DNA of 43,533 nt, filler included, from Catajapyx aquilonaris (Eukaryota): assembly GCA_000934665.2 (NCBI GenBank). It is 2 parts of 2 records of this genome, joined end to end, with 100 filler letters (N's around TTAATTAATTAA, not from the genome) between each part and the next. Parts side by side here need not be neighbours in the genome. Positions count along the whole stretch, not along the records: positions 1 to 21,684 come from KZ539454.1; positions 21,785 to 43,533 come from KZ539455.1. One strand, given 5' to 3'. The position numbers and the translations under genes are program-made. The notes below the pieces were generated by a model. It was not told the origin of the DNA and searched no databases. It worked only from the letters and a program-made list of their open reading frames with translations. Shown here one piece after another: positions 11,748 to 24,049 of the stretch. The stretch's first letter is position 1. The number at the start of each line of letters is the position of its first letter.

Positions 11748-12212
11748 CTGTGGCAGACAGAAAATACTCGCCTTCATGCTGAGCTCCGCCTTCACAAATC
11801 TTGGATTCGTGACCTGGTCTTCTCTCAAGACTCGACCAGGCTAGCCACTTGTGGTGATCAGCTCGGATGGTGGAACCTGCAAGTGATTGACCGGCAGAAA
11901 GTACCTCCTTCTAGACGAATCAGTACTGGAGAGCGCATGCGACATCGCCAACGACAGAGGCATGGTAGCGGTGAGAGCAGTGAAGCCGCCTGTAAGCGGC
12001 TGTCAACAGCTGCAATAACTGAAGGTGACAAGGTTGGCAAGAAGGGTAAAAGAGAGCTGCTGCAGAATTATGATCTAGGCGGTAGTTATGCCGGGAAAAT
12101 CTTTGCAAATGACGCATTCACACGATTTGTTGCTGTTGACGATGCTGGGATTGTGTATTCTCTGGAACTAATTGATGTGCCCATAAGTGGGTTTGGGGAA
12201 GGTAATTTGTGA
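11748..12212 (+). CDS. Apaf1: Apaf-1/Ark-like WD40 protein, last coding exon
   Basis: gcaaag| LW...HKSWIRDLVFSQDSTRLATCGDQLGWWNL...QNYDLGGSYAGKIFANDAFTRFVAVDDAGIVYSLELI...TGA; matches the characteristic Apaf-1 C-terminus (HGGWVTDLCFSPDG..IKWWNV..QTFYTNG..KKIHVSPDFKTYVTVDNLGILYIL). Confidence 0.88.
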   Translation: MWQTENTRLHAELRLHKSWIRDLVFSQDSTRLATCGDQLGWWNLQVIDRQKVPPSRRISTGERMRHRQRQRHGSGESSEAACKRLSTAAITEGDKVGKKGKRELLQNYDLGGSYAGKIFANDAFTRFVAVDDAGIVYSLELIDVPISGFGEGNL

Positions 12213-12285
12213 GGCATATTATAGTGTACGGAAACATCCTCATGCCAATTTCTGAGCAAGATCAGTTCGCACAGGATTTCACAAA

Positions 12286-12527
12286 TGAAGACCCCAGGGG
12301 AATAACGATCAAGGTCCACCTCAGTGAAACTGAGATATTCCTATTTTAAATTTCTAAGGCCCATAAGGTTCCATTGTAAATCCTACTTCCATTGTGACCT
12401 GTGATCATTACTCCAGAAACACGACCAAACCATCATATTCTACGATAGTGAAACTATCTTCTGAGACAGTATGTAACTCATTTTTGACAAAAAGTGGACC
12501 TTGATTGTTCTTCCCCCGAGGTTTTCA
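12286..12527. mobile_element. Small inverted-repeat element just 3' of the Apaf-1 stop
   Basis: tgaagaccccaggggaataacgatcaaggtccac / gtggaccttgattgttcttcccccgaggttttca. Confidence 0.55.
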
Positions 12528-13142
12528 AATCTGCACCAATTTCATATTCATCTACTAGGTTATTGTCACTTAAGAGTATGTGCTGAAAACGACATTTTAC
12601 ACGAGCAGGTACAAACTGCAAGAGCATATTAGTGTGCAGTCATGATCCTTTGCATAAATGTTTCTATTTTCTATTTCATTCCAAGGTGAAAATGATAGCT
12701 GACCAGTTTGCCAATATACATAGGTTGGAAAAAAGTAGTGGAAATACTGATCTACCATCATGAATATAACTCCTCTTTACCAAGCACACTTGTAATTGGC
12801 TAGTTCGTTACAGGATGAGTCGATCAATTACAATTTGACCCAGTTTGGCATTAGAATGCCTGTGTGTGCTGTATCCATGCAGACAGCTACTACTACGTGT
12901 AGCTACTACTTTTTTTCCAACCCTCAAATGAATTAGCAACTTGACATGAACTTGAAACATAATTTTATCAGTTGGGCAAGTCCTAATGTACAGAGAAGCA
13001 ATATGGTGATGAAATTACTGGTTGCAAGAAAGAAGACTGTTAATGTTTTAAAATCATGTATGGTTGAGATTAGTCACCACTGCCATTTTCAGGTTGGCTG
13101 CTTATCTTGCTCAGAAATTGGCAGCAGTTTCCACATAATATA

Positions 13143-13549
13143 CAGGGTGAAGGGAAACTGGCGCCCAATTGCCAGGTAGACTGATAGTACTCACGAAACT
13201 AATATTGAGATGTGGACGCCGCTGCATAGTTAATGCGTACGGCGCCTTTAAAGTGTAGAGGGCCGGATGATAAAATATTGCAGTAAAAATGATTAAGAGT
13301 ACGGGTGTCGCACCCGGATTCTTACTCTAACGGGATATGATCACCTATTGCACATGGACGATGTGTTACAGACCCAAGGCCGGATTATTCGGAGGCCCTC
13401 GAGCTAGCTTTTGCTTCTTTGAAGCTGGCAGAGCGGATGTGACGTCATGAAACTTTGACGGCGCCCAAAACTAATTGCATGTCTCTATATTAGTTTTGCG
13501 AGTACTATCAGTCTACCTGGCAATTGTCCGCAAGTTTCCCTTCACCCTG
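13143..13549. mobile_element. MITE family B, uninterrupted copy
   Basis: TA|CAGGGTGAAGGGAAACT...AGTTTCCCTTCACCCTG|TA; interior colinear with 9997-10397. Confidence 0.88.
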
Positions 13550-15162
13550 TATATCTTTGTGTGTGTGGATGTGTTTGAAAGTGTTGATCACGTTGGACTG
13601 GTATGATTGTTGGTAAGCTTGGGTGTTGACCTTCGTTTACAAGGGGACAAAGAGCCTCATTCAATAATGTTGAATCATATTTATACACTGCATACGCTTA
13701 CAAATAACTGGTTGTAAAATAATTGTAAGTCACTAAGTTGTGATATGTAACTCAATATCATAAGAGTTAATTTGCATGAGAGAGGTGATGTGGTATTTGT
13801 AAAAATGTGCCGGACAATGGCAGCGGAGTACACGAGAAATACCATACTAGTGTGCACAATGTAGTTGCTGTCAGCTTTCCTTTGACATTCAATCATTCTT
13901 CAAGATTGCTTATACAATGACAAAAGAAAAATTTAGAATAGACATGCAGTACAATATAGGTTGCAGTAGAAATGAGTGCCATTCCAGCATTTTTTACATG
14001 ATTTTTTTTGCTCAAGTAAGATTGAAGGGCCCAGTCTATTCCCCAGGCTCAAAACAAGTTTCTAAAAGATATTGCTAACATTTCCAACCCTTCAGCTCTT
14101 CCCTTTACAGTTGATCAGGGAGCTGTAAAAAAAAATTACATTACCATTACATATAAGAAATAGTAAGTTGTCAATATGCTCCTAGCTTCCAGGTCAACTG
14201 TTTATGTGATACTGTGGCCTTTTGTGAATTTCTTTTGCTATATGTAAGTCAAGTAGCTGTTTATGATTGTTATGTGTATATGGAATGTATTTTGCGGAGG
14301 TATAACTGAATGAAAAATCAAGTATTTTTGAAATTGTATGAGGATTTCAGTGCTGGTGTGTCCAAGAACATGGCTTTGCATACTTTTATTTTGCAGAGCC
14401 TGACAAAAACTATTGCACAGAAGTAACCAAGGCCTACATCCCTTCTCCATATTACAACATGTGACAAATGGCAATTGCTGCACTGATTTAGCATAAACCA
14501 TAATGGCACATGCTTAAAATCATGCCACAAAACATTGGTGATAAGAACTCTGCAATGTGGCAAAGGGATAGGATGTAGTTAATCTGGAGCTTTCATATCG
14601 AGCACTTGTTGTAGAAGCACGTGAACCTTCTAAGACTTTCCAGATATTTTTGTAAATAATATAGATGCCTCACTCTGCCCTGCAATTACATGTCAATTAA
14701 TATATTAATGCAACTGAGGACACAACACATTCCTGCTGGGCTGCAGGCATGGAAATATAATTTGATTTCATGCTTAGTTGTAATTGCATTTTGCCTAGGG
14801 ATTGGCAGGCAAACCATTGCAAAAGGGTACAGCTTGGAATTATTCTTGCTACCGTATTACCTCTCATAAGGCGGCATTCCGGTATAAAACGATGTCGACC
14901 AGCATGCTGCAATAACCGAGATAGATTTCTGTAATTTTGATCCTTCCCAAAAAATTTTGAATGCTTCTGGTACCATACTAATATAATGCTACAATGAAAA
15001 TGGGCGAGTGTACATGCTGTGAGAATATTCAATGTGCATGTTCTGTTGCACAGTGCATATAAAAAATGTAGTGTGTGTGACCAATCCCATCGTCAGCCTG
15101 CTTTGACAGAGGAACCCCCTGCTTCAACATACTGTTTGAATAGATATTATTGCCAGACACTG

Positions 15163-15850
15163 CAATGGGGAAGTAGCCTTCATTTTGGAAACTACATAAT
15201 ACGAGTAAATTCGCCCATATTTGTTGGATTTTTTTGGCATATTCCGTTTTAAGATATCAGTTCCAGTTCCGGAGTAATTGGGGTTTTTATGTAGGGAAAT
15301 GGTGACGTCACTGTTTCCCTAGAAAATGTAGACGTCACGCGAAGTGAAATGAACGCAAAAATGGTGTTATAGAACGCGCCCCGTCATTGTCGTAAAATGC
15401 TTCGCTGTTGTTAGCAACCGTCCCATTCCGTGAGCAAGATAGCGGCCGGGGCGCGTATTTATTCCAGGCCGCTCAAGACGCTTTGTACATGGCAGTGATG
15501 CCACCAGGTCGGAATTATCTGTCACCCGAATTCGGCACATGAAGGTCCCTTTTCTCCACCTCGATGGCCTACAGCCGCCTTGCAAATGCTTTCCGTCGTG
15601 TCCGCGGTTAATTCAAAGTCAAATTCCTCATATCTCGCAGTCAACCAGGCATTTCAGTGCACCCTTTCGATTGGCACCACCCGGCTCCGCCGTTTTTCCC
15701 GCCAATTTTGAAGGCACTTTTAAATGTGCCGTAATTTATCCAGTAATGTCATTTTGATGCAACAAAGTGATGGAATGTATGTTTGCAGACATGGGCTAGC
15801 TAGTTATGAACAAAAATCCCAAATCCCAGACCAAGGCTAGTTCCCCATTG
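15163..15850. mobile_element. Non-autonomous DNA transposon (superfamily unclear)
   Basis: TIR CAATGGGGAAGTAGCCTT / AAGGCTAGTTCCCCATTG; CpG-rich interior; no clear TSD. Confidence 0.55.
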
Positions 15851-16917
15851 AAAACAATATATGGTACAGGTACTCTATTCGGAAAATGTGCCTTTTCGAT
15901 GGCCTGGGGGTCGTGCATGGCCGCGGTAATTTGTATAAATTTAAAAATTACTAAAATCTGTAAAACGGTTTAAAAAAAATTTATAGGCAATTTCATCGCG
16001 AAGAACCTCGCAGGCATACCTCGCCTTATACCAGCATGCCATCATAGCCACCAGATCATGCATTTCTAAAAACTGGTCGACCTTGACTACACCACAGGCT
16101 GCTTTATGAGAGGTAATACGGTAGATGAAAGCACTTGCAAAGAAGAGGGAAATCAAATGGTATTTACATGCCTGTAACCTAAGTGCTAATTCAGTTGTTT
16201 GCACAAGAATCTACCTACAGGATCACTCATAACCATGACGATATAATAAAGTCTAAAACAGAATTTGTTATGAAACAATTACAGGGTGCTTCTTAGTAGT
16301 GGATCATCAGGCTGCCCAAGTACTTGTCCCAAAGCAAGTCTAAAATGTAGGGGTAAGAAATGTCACAGTACCAACAGGTAATGACTCGATGATGAATGTT
16401 TTGGTGTCCCTTAGACAAACATGTAACCCACACTACAGCATTTTAGGACTAGATTTGCAATGATCCATGTAGGATTACTGACAATATTTTGAGAGGTCAC
16501 CTCATGCGCAGTAATCAGTATCACTTACAGTATATCCTGCTCCTTACACAACCATCTTATTTATGTAATGAGCCAATCTCGCCATGTTTGTCTAAAGGCT
16601 GCCCAAAGGTAAAATTTCATTTAGGTCAATTACCTATTGGAGCCACTATCTCTCACCTTTATACTTTTTATTTGTATTGGGACAATGAGTTTGCTGGCGT
16701 CTGGATGACCCATTGGTAAAAAGCACCAAACAATAAACACTTAAATGTTTCCCTATATATGTTATAGAAAAATGTACTCTGTCTCTGAAAATTCCTTTCA
16801 AAACTAAAACAAAAATTTTCAAATGCAGCATGTTGATAGAGATCATAATTATGGCTTACAAATTTTTCTATTATAAGACACCTGTTTCTGCAAAATTCTT
16901 TGAAATAGTATTTATGG

Positions 16918-17047
16918 GTACTATATACGCCAAATTGTTTCATACCCCCGGGGTATGAAACAATTTGCCGTATATAGCACTATACCTAGGTATACGACAA
17001 ATTGTTTCATACCCCGGGGGTATGAAACAATTTGGCGTATATAGTAC
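16918..17047. repeat. Palindrome of palindromes
   Basis: Two self-palindromic aaattgtttcatacccc/ggggtatgaaacaattt units in inverted orientation (57-bp arms, 1 mismatch) with a TATACCTAGGTATA palindrome between them. Confidence 0.9.
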
Positions 17048-17152
17048 ATATCTTATGATAATAAGAAGTATGATATTTTGATAGCACATTGGCAACAAGG
17101 TCTGGTACTAAATATATTTTTTAAAATCCAGACAAATGTATTCCGGCACTAT

Positions 17153-17676
17153 GTGGGTGTTTCTTACTAATATTTTATCGGGCCACCAGCATACTTGTTG
17201 GCCTGAAACAAGTCCAAAAGGTAGGGGTGAGAAATGTCGAGGGACCAAACGGTAACGAGGTAGATGACCAGACACGTTGGCCGGCTACTACACATGTGAC
17301 AACACACACGACTCTTCTTTTTAGGGAAATCGCCTGGCAGGTGGATCCATCCACTCACCTTACAGTAGTTTCCTAGGTAGCAGGATGTGAGCATGATAAC
17401 TACTACTGATGAGATTTTGCGAGTTCGCCTCTTTTGCTGTAGTGATTATTATGCTATATCCTGCTCCCTAGTCAACTAATGTAAGGTGAGCAGGTGCATC
17501 TGCCAGGTCCTACAAAGAGGTGTCGTTTGTGTCGACACATGTGTCTAGGGGTAGGCCAATGTTTCTGGCCGTCTACCTTGTCACCTGTTGGTCCCTAGAC
17601 ATTTCTTCCCCCTACATTTTTGACTTGTTTTGAGCCAAAGTATGTGCTGCTGGGCAGATGACAGTTATAAACATCC
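17153..17676. mobile_element. Decayed palindromic MITE family A
   Basis: Left arm gtaggggtgagaaatgtcgagggacc mirrors right arm ggtccctagacatttcttccccctac. Confidence 0.65.
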
Positions 17677-17788
17677 TTCGTGACCATTGGAATATAAGCA
17701 CGGTGACAGGGGGAAACCCTTTACTTTGGTAGTGCACCGATTGTTGCATACTGCCAGGATGTGTTTGTCTAAAAATATTTGTGACATG

Positions 17789-17977
17789 AGGGGGCTTGAC
17801 AGGGTGGTTTGTGGCAGGTGGCCGTATGATAGCACTTTTCAGGACCTTATTGACATATGCGACCGCTTCTCTTCTACCTAAGTTCAGAGCTCTCTGATAG
17901 GGTCGCCACATGTCTGTGAAGCCCTGAAAAGCACTATCACGTGGCCACCTGCCACAAAACTCCACGTCAGGCCCCCT
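17789..17977. repeat. Imperfect inverted repeat (old MITE)
   Basis: tttgtggcaggtggcc / ggccacctgccacaaa with flanking pairing. Confidence 0.6.
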
Positions 17978-18286
17978 AAGGCGATGAGAGGGGAGAGACC
18001 AGACGTTACTATTCTAAGACCATGTTCTAATAAGCTATATTTCATCAATAGCTACTTGAACAATGCCTAGAAAGGGATGCATGTTAAAAATAAGGTAACT
18101 CATGAAACTTGAAAGAAGATAAACAGACTTACTTTGCAAGAAACAGGTTGTTTGCTGCATAAAAATACCATGAAACTAGGGGCAAGAATGAAGTACAAGG
18201 TGGTGGAAAAAGTACAAATTTCCTCTTGCAACTTGGCTTTGATTTCACCAGACAAAATTTCTGTAGTTTATTATGACAATTTCAGG

Positions 18287-18390
18287 ACCAGCATGGGTTT
18301 TGGGGATTATCCTGCTGGTTAGATCATTCAGCCACAACGTGATAGTCTCATGGTCTAACCAGCTGGATATTCCCTAACATCCACGTGGGT
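18287..18390. repeat. Short imperfect hairpin
   Basis: atcctgctggttagatcat / atggtctaaccagctggat. Confidence 0.5.
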
Positions 18391-21023
18391 GCCAAAACAT
18401 GGCATGTGACTGTCTCATAATGGAGCCTAATTATCAAAATCAACTAGGGGAATAGTCTTAGGATTTTTGAAAGAAGCCCACATCTGATAGCAAATGCACC
18501 ATCCTGTTCAGGTCAAGTTGACATGCATTTAAAAGCCATCCAAAAGCCATGACATGTGTGTTATTTTTCTTGATATAAAATAACGCTCTGATATAGTAGC
18601 TGGTGCTGTACTAATTGATAATCTCACAGCATGCTCAGAGGGCCTCGACGTGATGGAGGTGAAGTGTTTGGCTTTCCTTAGATTACATGGGCAATTGAAA
18701 TCATCATGATTATTGGCAACTAATGGCAGTTGGTGTGCAGTGTATAACAGTCTATAACTTAGAGCAGAGGCTCTTCATTTTCAGGCAACTGTTAGACCAT
18801 GTGTCATTTGTAGTTACCTACAGAGGGATGATTCCAGTTGTCCATGTACTAGGACCTGATAGGTGTATGACCATTGCAGGACAAGTGGGGCATCAAAATT
18901 TCCCCCCTATTATTACCAGAAACATGTACACCCAAACTGAACCTCAAAATATTTTAATGCTTTTAAATAACATTTTACATATTGTCATATTTATATTCCT
19001 TTATTTTTATTTGCGTTTTGTCAATCATTCCAAATGTGATTGATCAGATTTTTTCACTAAAATTGTATTTTGTCTTTTTTGTAAGTCATGTCTTCTATCA
19101 CAAATGATAAACCTAGATAAGCAAGATAACAGATTTCTTTCCCCAGCATTGCTCATTAAGGTCTGGTTGCACAATTGAGTTAATCCAGACCAACTGGTTG
19201 ATTCATGTAGGATTAATCACGTGCTCTGCATTTACCATCACTCATGCAACACACCCTAAGTAACCATCTTGTTCCCCAGAATGAGCATATGCAACACCTA
19301 ACGTGCAGGGAATCATTGAATACCTGATGCTCGTAGTATTCCTACACAAATTGTAAGTCTGAGAGGAAGCTGCAGAGAGACCAACATTCCCAAATTATTG
19401 CACTCTGGTCCTTGTTAGGTGTGCAACATTGCCCTGTTAACAATCCACACTCATAATTTTTAAAATAAGAGAAAATAAAAATCGCTGTCAACATGCTTGA
19501 TGTTGAAATCAATATGATCCCAATATGATCCCCTACTGTTACCCTGGAAAATGTAAAACACAGAACAGCCATGCTGCCTCATTTGTACCACCTGGTAGAA
19601 AAAGGGAAAATATAAAACACTCATCATTGTTGTGATGCCTGAGCTATATCTCAGGACTTTTTCAAATGGCATTATTTATTGGGTTGTTCCCATATATTTC
19701 CTTTTTTATACCTCCCATTTCCAACATTATTCGTGACATTTTTGAAGGTGTTGCCATCTTTCCTTTCCTTATCTCATTGTCAACTCTTTTTTCTTCCGAA
19801 GAATAAAAATAGTAAAACCAGAAAGACCTGTACACTATTTTCACCTGTATCAACTGGTTGAACCAATTGCAATTATTCCACATCCAGTCTCCTTAAAATT
19901 ATCTAAAACTGTACACAACTCCATTCAACTTTGGCCTCAACAGCACCGCTCAGCATCTCCTTTAAAAAAAACTTAACAGTTAACCATCATGCCAAAATAA
20001 CACTAGTAGAGAAGAATCCATTTTCAGGGGAAGAACATTGTGCAGTTAATACATTTTGTAGCCATATGGCCTAAGACATTGCATTTGAAACCCTCCCTTC
20101 ACCCCATGGTCTTTGCCAAATGGATTCTACAGTAAGTAGGAATGACTATATATGACATCATGTGGTATTATGTGCTCCACCTCATTGTTCAACTATGACC
20201 AACAGATTGAAAGAGGTCTAAGTTGTACTACTTTTTGAAATAGAAATAGAAATGACTAGACAGTTCTCCAGAAAAAAAATAAAACAAAAACAATATTTTG
20301 TACAACAATAGGGTGTCCATGACTAGTTCCTTGGAAACCCCCAAATAACTATAATCAGAAACACACTTGGTGTGGAAATATTAAGCATGCGAAGTACACC
20401 ATGGCGGCTATACCTGAATCATTGTTTTGCAAAAATGGGTGGTGCCAAAATGGAGGAAATGAGAGAGTTCACAGGTACAAAATCAAGCTGCTAACCAAAT
20501 GGGCAGAATTTTCATTTGATCAAATTATGCAATACTATTTCAAAATCCTCTGTAAAATCAGACATCATGAGTTTTTACCTCATGTATTTTACAAACAAGG
20601 CTTTTTGATAATTTTGTCACAATTTGTCACACAAAATAATAGGGCGCAACACCCAGAGCACTGTTGCACAGGTTGGCACTTGTTATCCCTTGAATGGTTA
20701 ACTCTTGCCCTTTTTGCAAAACAGGTCCTCATTTTTTTTAAAGGGAGAATTAGACAACAAAATAATACCTATCTACTTGTTCTGGAAACAATTGCTTGTA
20801 GGAACTCGCCTTAACACAATTCTGCCCAGTTTCTCACCCCTACAAGAGGGGTGTCCTTTCCCTGAGTCATTAACCTACTCCCCCTGCCTGAAAACGCAAC
20901 CAACAGGCAAACAATTATGGGGGAAGCTGCGCTTAACTCCAGGGCCAACAACAGTTTGCTGTTTTCCAAAGATATTATTACGGCTCAGAACAATATAACA
21001 TGTAGGATTTGTTCCGCTTGACT

Positions 21024-21240
21024 TCAACCAACGTTATTAGTTCTCATCCACATCAACATTCCAATATGTGCTATGGCAAGGGCAGCCACTATTAGTACTA
21101 TATCCCTGGTGATCCCTTGCTGACGATCTTGGATGTTGCGTTGCACCTCCTGCAGCTGCAAAAGGCTTCTCTGCACAGTTTGGAGCTCTTGAAGGGTCAC
21201 CTGCTGCAGATTGGTCAAGGGTTGCAAGCTCTCTCGGACC
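21024..21240 (-). CDS. Terminal exon of a coiled-coil plus C-terminal transmembrane (tail-anchored) protein
   Basis: ctctctgcatttag| acceptor; VRESLQPLTNLQQVTLQELQTVQRSLLQLQEVQRNIQDRQQGITRD-IVLIVAALAIAHIGMLMWM-RTNNVG*; architecture recalls ORP5/8 C-termini but this is not confirmed. Confidence 0.75.
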
Positions 21241-21312
21241 CTAAATGCAGAGAGTGTCTTCTCAATAATCGCATGTGAGTAGGGATTTCTCTTGCCTACT
21301 CATAGGCCTAAA

Positions 21313-21442
21313 GGCCGAAACACAAAAAGATTTTGCGGCAGCGACAAGCGGCAAACGCGTGCCCCGCCAATTATTATTAATTATTGGCAATAATATGCCC
21401 CCGCGACAAATATGCCGCGCGATTTTTTTTTGTGAAATGGCC
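21313..21442. mobile_element. PIF/Harbinger-like MITE
   Basis: GGCCGAAACACAAAAAGA / TTTTTTGTGAAATGGCC termini, TWA-like flanks. Confidence 0.5.
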
Positions 21443-21684
21443 TTAGGACAGCTTTCTGGGTTGCTATGAAAGGACATGCAGGACAGCAGGAATAAGAATG
21501 GTTTGGTACTCTCAGGGCCAGAAAGTAGTACTACATGTCACTGAATAGACAAAGTCCACCAGGGGGCTATCGCAATGCGATGAGTCAACTTGTTTATAGG
21601 GTGGTGTCACACATGTGAATTCTGTATATGATTTTACGATTTTCCAGCTTTTATAGGCTGAATTTCTCAAATAAACATTAAATG

Positions 21685-21784
21685 NNNNNNNNNNNNNNNN
21701 NNNNNNNNNNNNNNNNNNNNNNNNNNNNTTAATTAATTAANNNNNNNNNNNNNNNNNNNNNNNNNNNNNNNNNNNNNNNNNNNN
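21685..21784. other. Artificial scaffold/contig linker
   Basis: 44 N + TTAATTAATTAA + 44 N = exactly 100 nt; stops in all frames. Confidence 0.9.
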
Positions 21785-22080
21785 TTTTCAGCTTTCATCC
21801 GTTCTGCTTTTGTAGCACCAATTGGGTCCTAATGTTCCCATTGGTTGTTTGTCGCCATTTTTGTCGATATTTTAAAACTAATTTTTTTTTCTCGTTTCTT
21901 ATTGGGAACATGTTCAGAAAATGCAATAGGAACTGACATTGCGTTAAAAAATGCTTCTCAGGTCTCAGGAGGTTATGGGGTCATCGTTCATCGGAAAAAA
22001 TAATTATTGGTGTCGTTGGAATCGTATTTTTTTGCCCGATTTTTGGGGGGCCAACTTGTATTTTGAGTGGAGTGTCCCTA

Positions 22081-22550
22081 CCCTTAACTACGTAGGTGGG
22101 TGAAACACCTTTAACTACGTAGGTGGAGCCTGAGAGGCTCCAACGGTATATTTAAATTTCTGCTTATCAACTAAATTGTTATATTGGACTTTTCACATAC
22201 AGAAAGTGCAGTTCAGATCATTAGGCTTCCGAAAACGTAAAAATCACACGCTGCCAGCATATTCCGACAGGGAAAAATTCTTAATTAAAAGGTTACATCA
22301 TGCTTGAGCCGCTCAGTCTTCACCTGCATAGGTAGAGCCAGTATACAGTCCAGGAGGGACCTGTTCCTCGTTACGAATTTTTTTAAACCAAACAATAGGA
22401 ACTAAAAAAAAATTTTCTTTCCTTTTCAGGCTTAGGAAGGTTTGTCTGACAAAGTCACGGAAGGACAGGGGAAAATAAAACTCGATGAAAAAGTTACATG
22501 CGTTTAAATAGTGCTTGGAGCCTCTCAGGCTCCACCTACGTAGTTAAGGG
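22081..22550. mobile_element. piggyBac-like MITE
   Basis: TTAACTACGTAGGTGGAGCCTGAGAGGCTCCAA / TTGGAGCCTCTCAGGCTCCACCTACGTAGTTAAGGG followed by TTAA; left end partly duplicated. Confidence 0.7.
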
Positions 22551-22564
22551 TTAAGGAAAACACT

Positions 22565-23172
22565 ACAGGTCAAGCAGTCTTGGAAATAAAAAATCCTGAA
22601 ATTCCATTTTTCTTGGCTGGTCATCCTTTAGGTCATTTTTCTCAATATAGGACTGTGCCGAATTTTAAGTTACAAAAGTTAAAAGAAGCGTCGTTGTATG
22701 ATTGACATATCGATATAACAATGGTTCGTATGAGCGGTTCACCCGCAGTAAATGTTTAAATACAGCTCAAAATAACACTGATTATACTGGGATTTCCTAT
22801 AATATAATATAATATAATATAATATAATATAATATAATATAATATATAAATTATGCTCCTCTCATTGCTAAACATATGCTGCAAGTGTGAAATTCATATG
22901 GTAAGTACGTGGTCATCTGGTCACTACTACTGTAGAAGAACAACATCTCAAGTCAAACAGTCTTGGAAATAATAATAAATCCTTAAATGTTCCCACTTTC
23001 ACATAATTTGGTCACCTTCTTCGAGGTCATTTTTCTCAGTGTAGGACTGGACCGATTTTTAAGTTACATGTCTTAAAAGAAGCGTCTTTTCATCTTTGAC
23101 CCAGCGCTATAAGAACTATTCTGCCCCCTGAGCGGTCCACCCGCAGAACATTAAATACAGTGGCAAATAACG
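22565..23172 (+). repeat. Two diverged ~220-bp direct repeats separated by an (ATATA)n microsatellite
   Basis: cagtcttggaaataa...ggtcatttttctca...aaaagaagcgtc...tgagcggtYcacccgcag at ~22570-22777 and ~22950-23171; microsatellite at 22797-22847. Confidence 0.65.
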
Positions 23173-23547
23173 TATAGAGTGGGTTATAGAAGGATTTTTA
23201 AATGTTCTGCAGGTGAACCGCTCAGGGGGTTTTCCGAAGTGTCAAAAGCGGCAATTAAGTATTAATTTATTTAATATTAATATTATTATAATAAATTTAT
23301 ACTTACTTTCGGCTTGTTGGCACTTCGGAAAGCTCAAATTTGGGAGTTTTCCAATGTGTCAAAAAGGCGCAAATAATTATTAATTTATTTCTCGCAGAGT
23401 ACGACGATTTCAGCAAATTCGTCTGGCGTAGTTTTCAAGGTTATTATTCGGCATATTTTCACGCGTTTCATAATTAAATCCACCTAGCAGTTGGTCGGCA
23501 GTACGCTCTCTCACTCTCTCTCTCTCTCTCTGGGGGGGGGGGGGGGG

Positions 23548-23741
23548 NNNNNNNNNNNNNNNNNNNNNNNNNNNNNNNNNNNNNNNNNNNNNNNNNNNNN
23601 NNNNNNNNNNNNNNNNNNNNNNNNNNNNNNNNNNNNNNNNNNNNNNNNNNNNNNNNNNNNNNNNNNNNNNNNNNNNNNNNNNNNNNNNNNNNNNNNNNNN
23701 NNNNNNNNNNNNNNNNNNNNNNNNNNNNNNNNNNNNNNNNN
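23548..23741. other. Assembly gap flanked by poly-G and poly-C
   Basis: Run of N. Confidence 0.95.
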
Positions 23742-24049
23742 NCCCCCCCCCCCCCCCCCAAAAAAAAAAAAAACGTAAAATGAGGCCTGGCTGTACAATA
23801 TATAAATATGTGACAATTACGCTGCTCGAAATGACCGGAATTTAATAATTTAATAACTAATTACATAAGCCTAGGTTTCCACGTGGCCTGACACAGTTGC
23901 CAAGTGTGCACATCCGGTTTTGTGTAACGGTCGTTTGGATTGCGTCTCTTTGTCTTTGTGTCCGTCACTCTTATTCTTTCTTCCATCTTCAGGTGTTGGT
24001 ACGGTAGCCTATTTGTCGCTGGCAGAGTCATTTGCAGCTCCAGTTCGAC

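Noticed and set aside
23474..23816. ORFs of 95-101 aa
   Set aside because: Artefacts of the N gap and homopolymers
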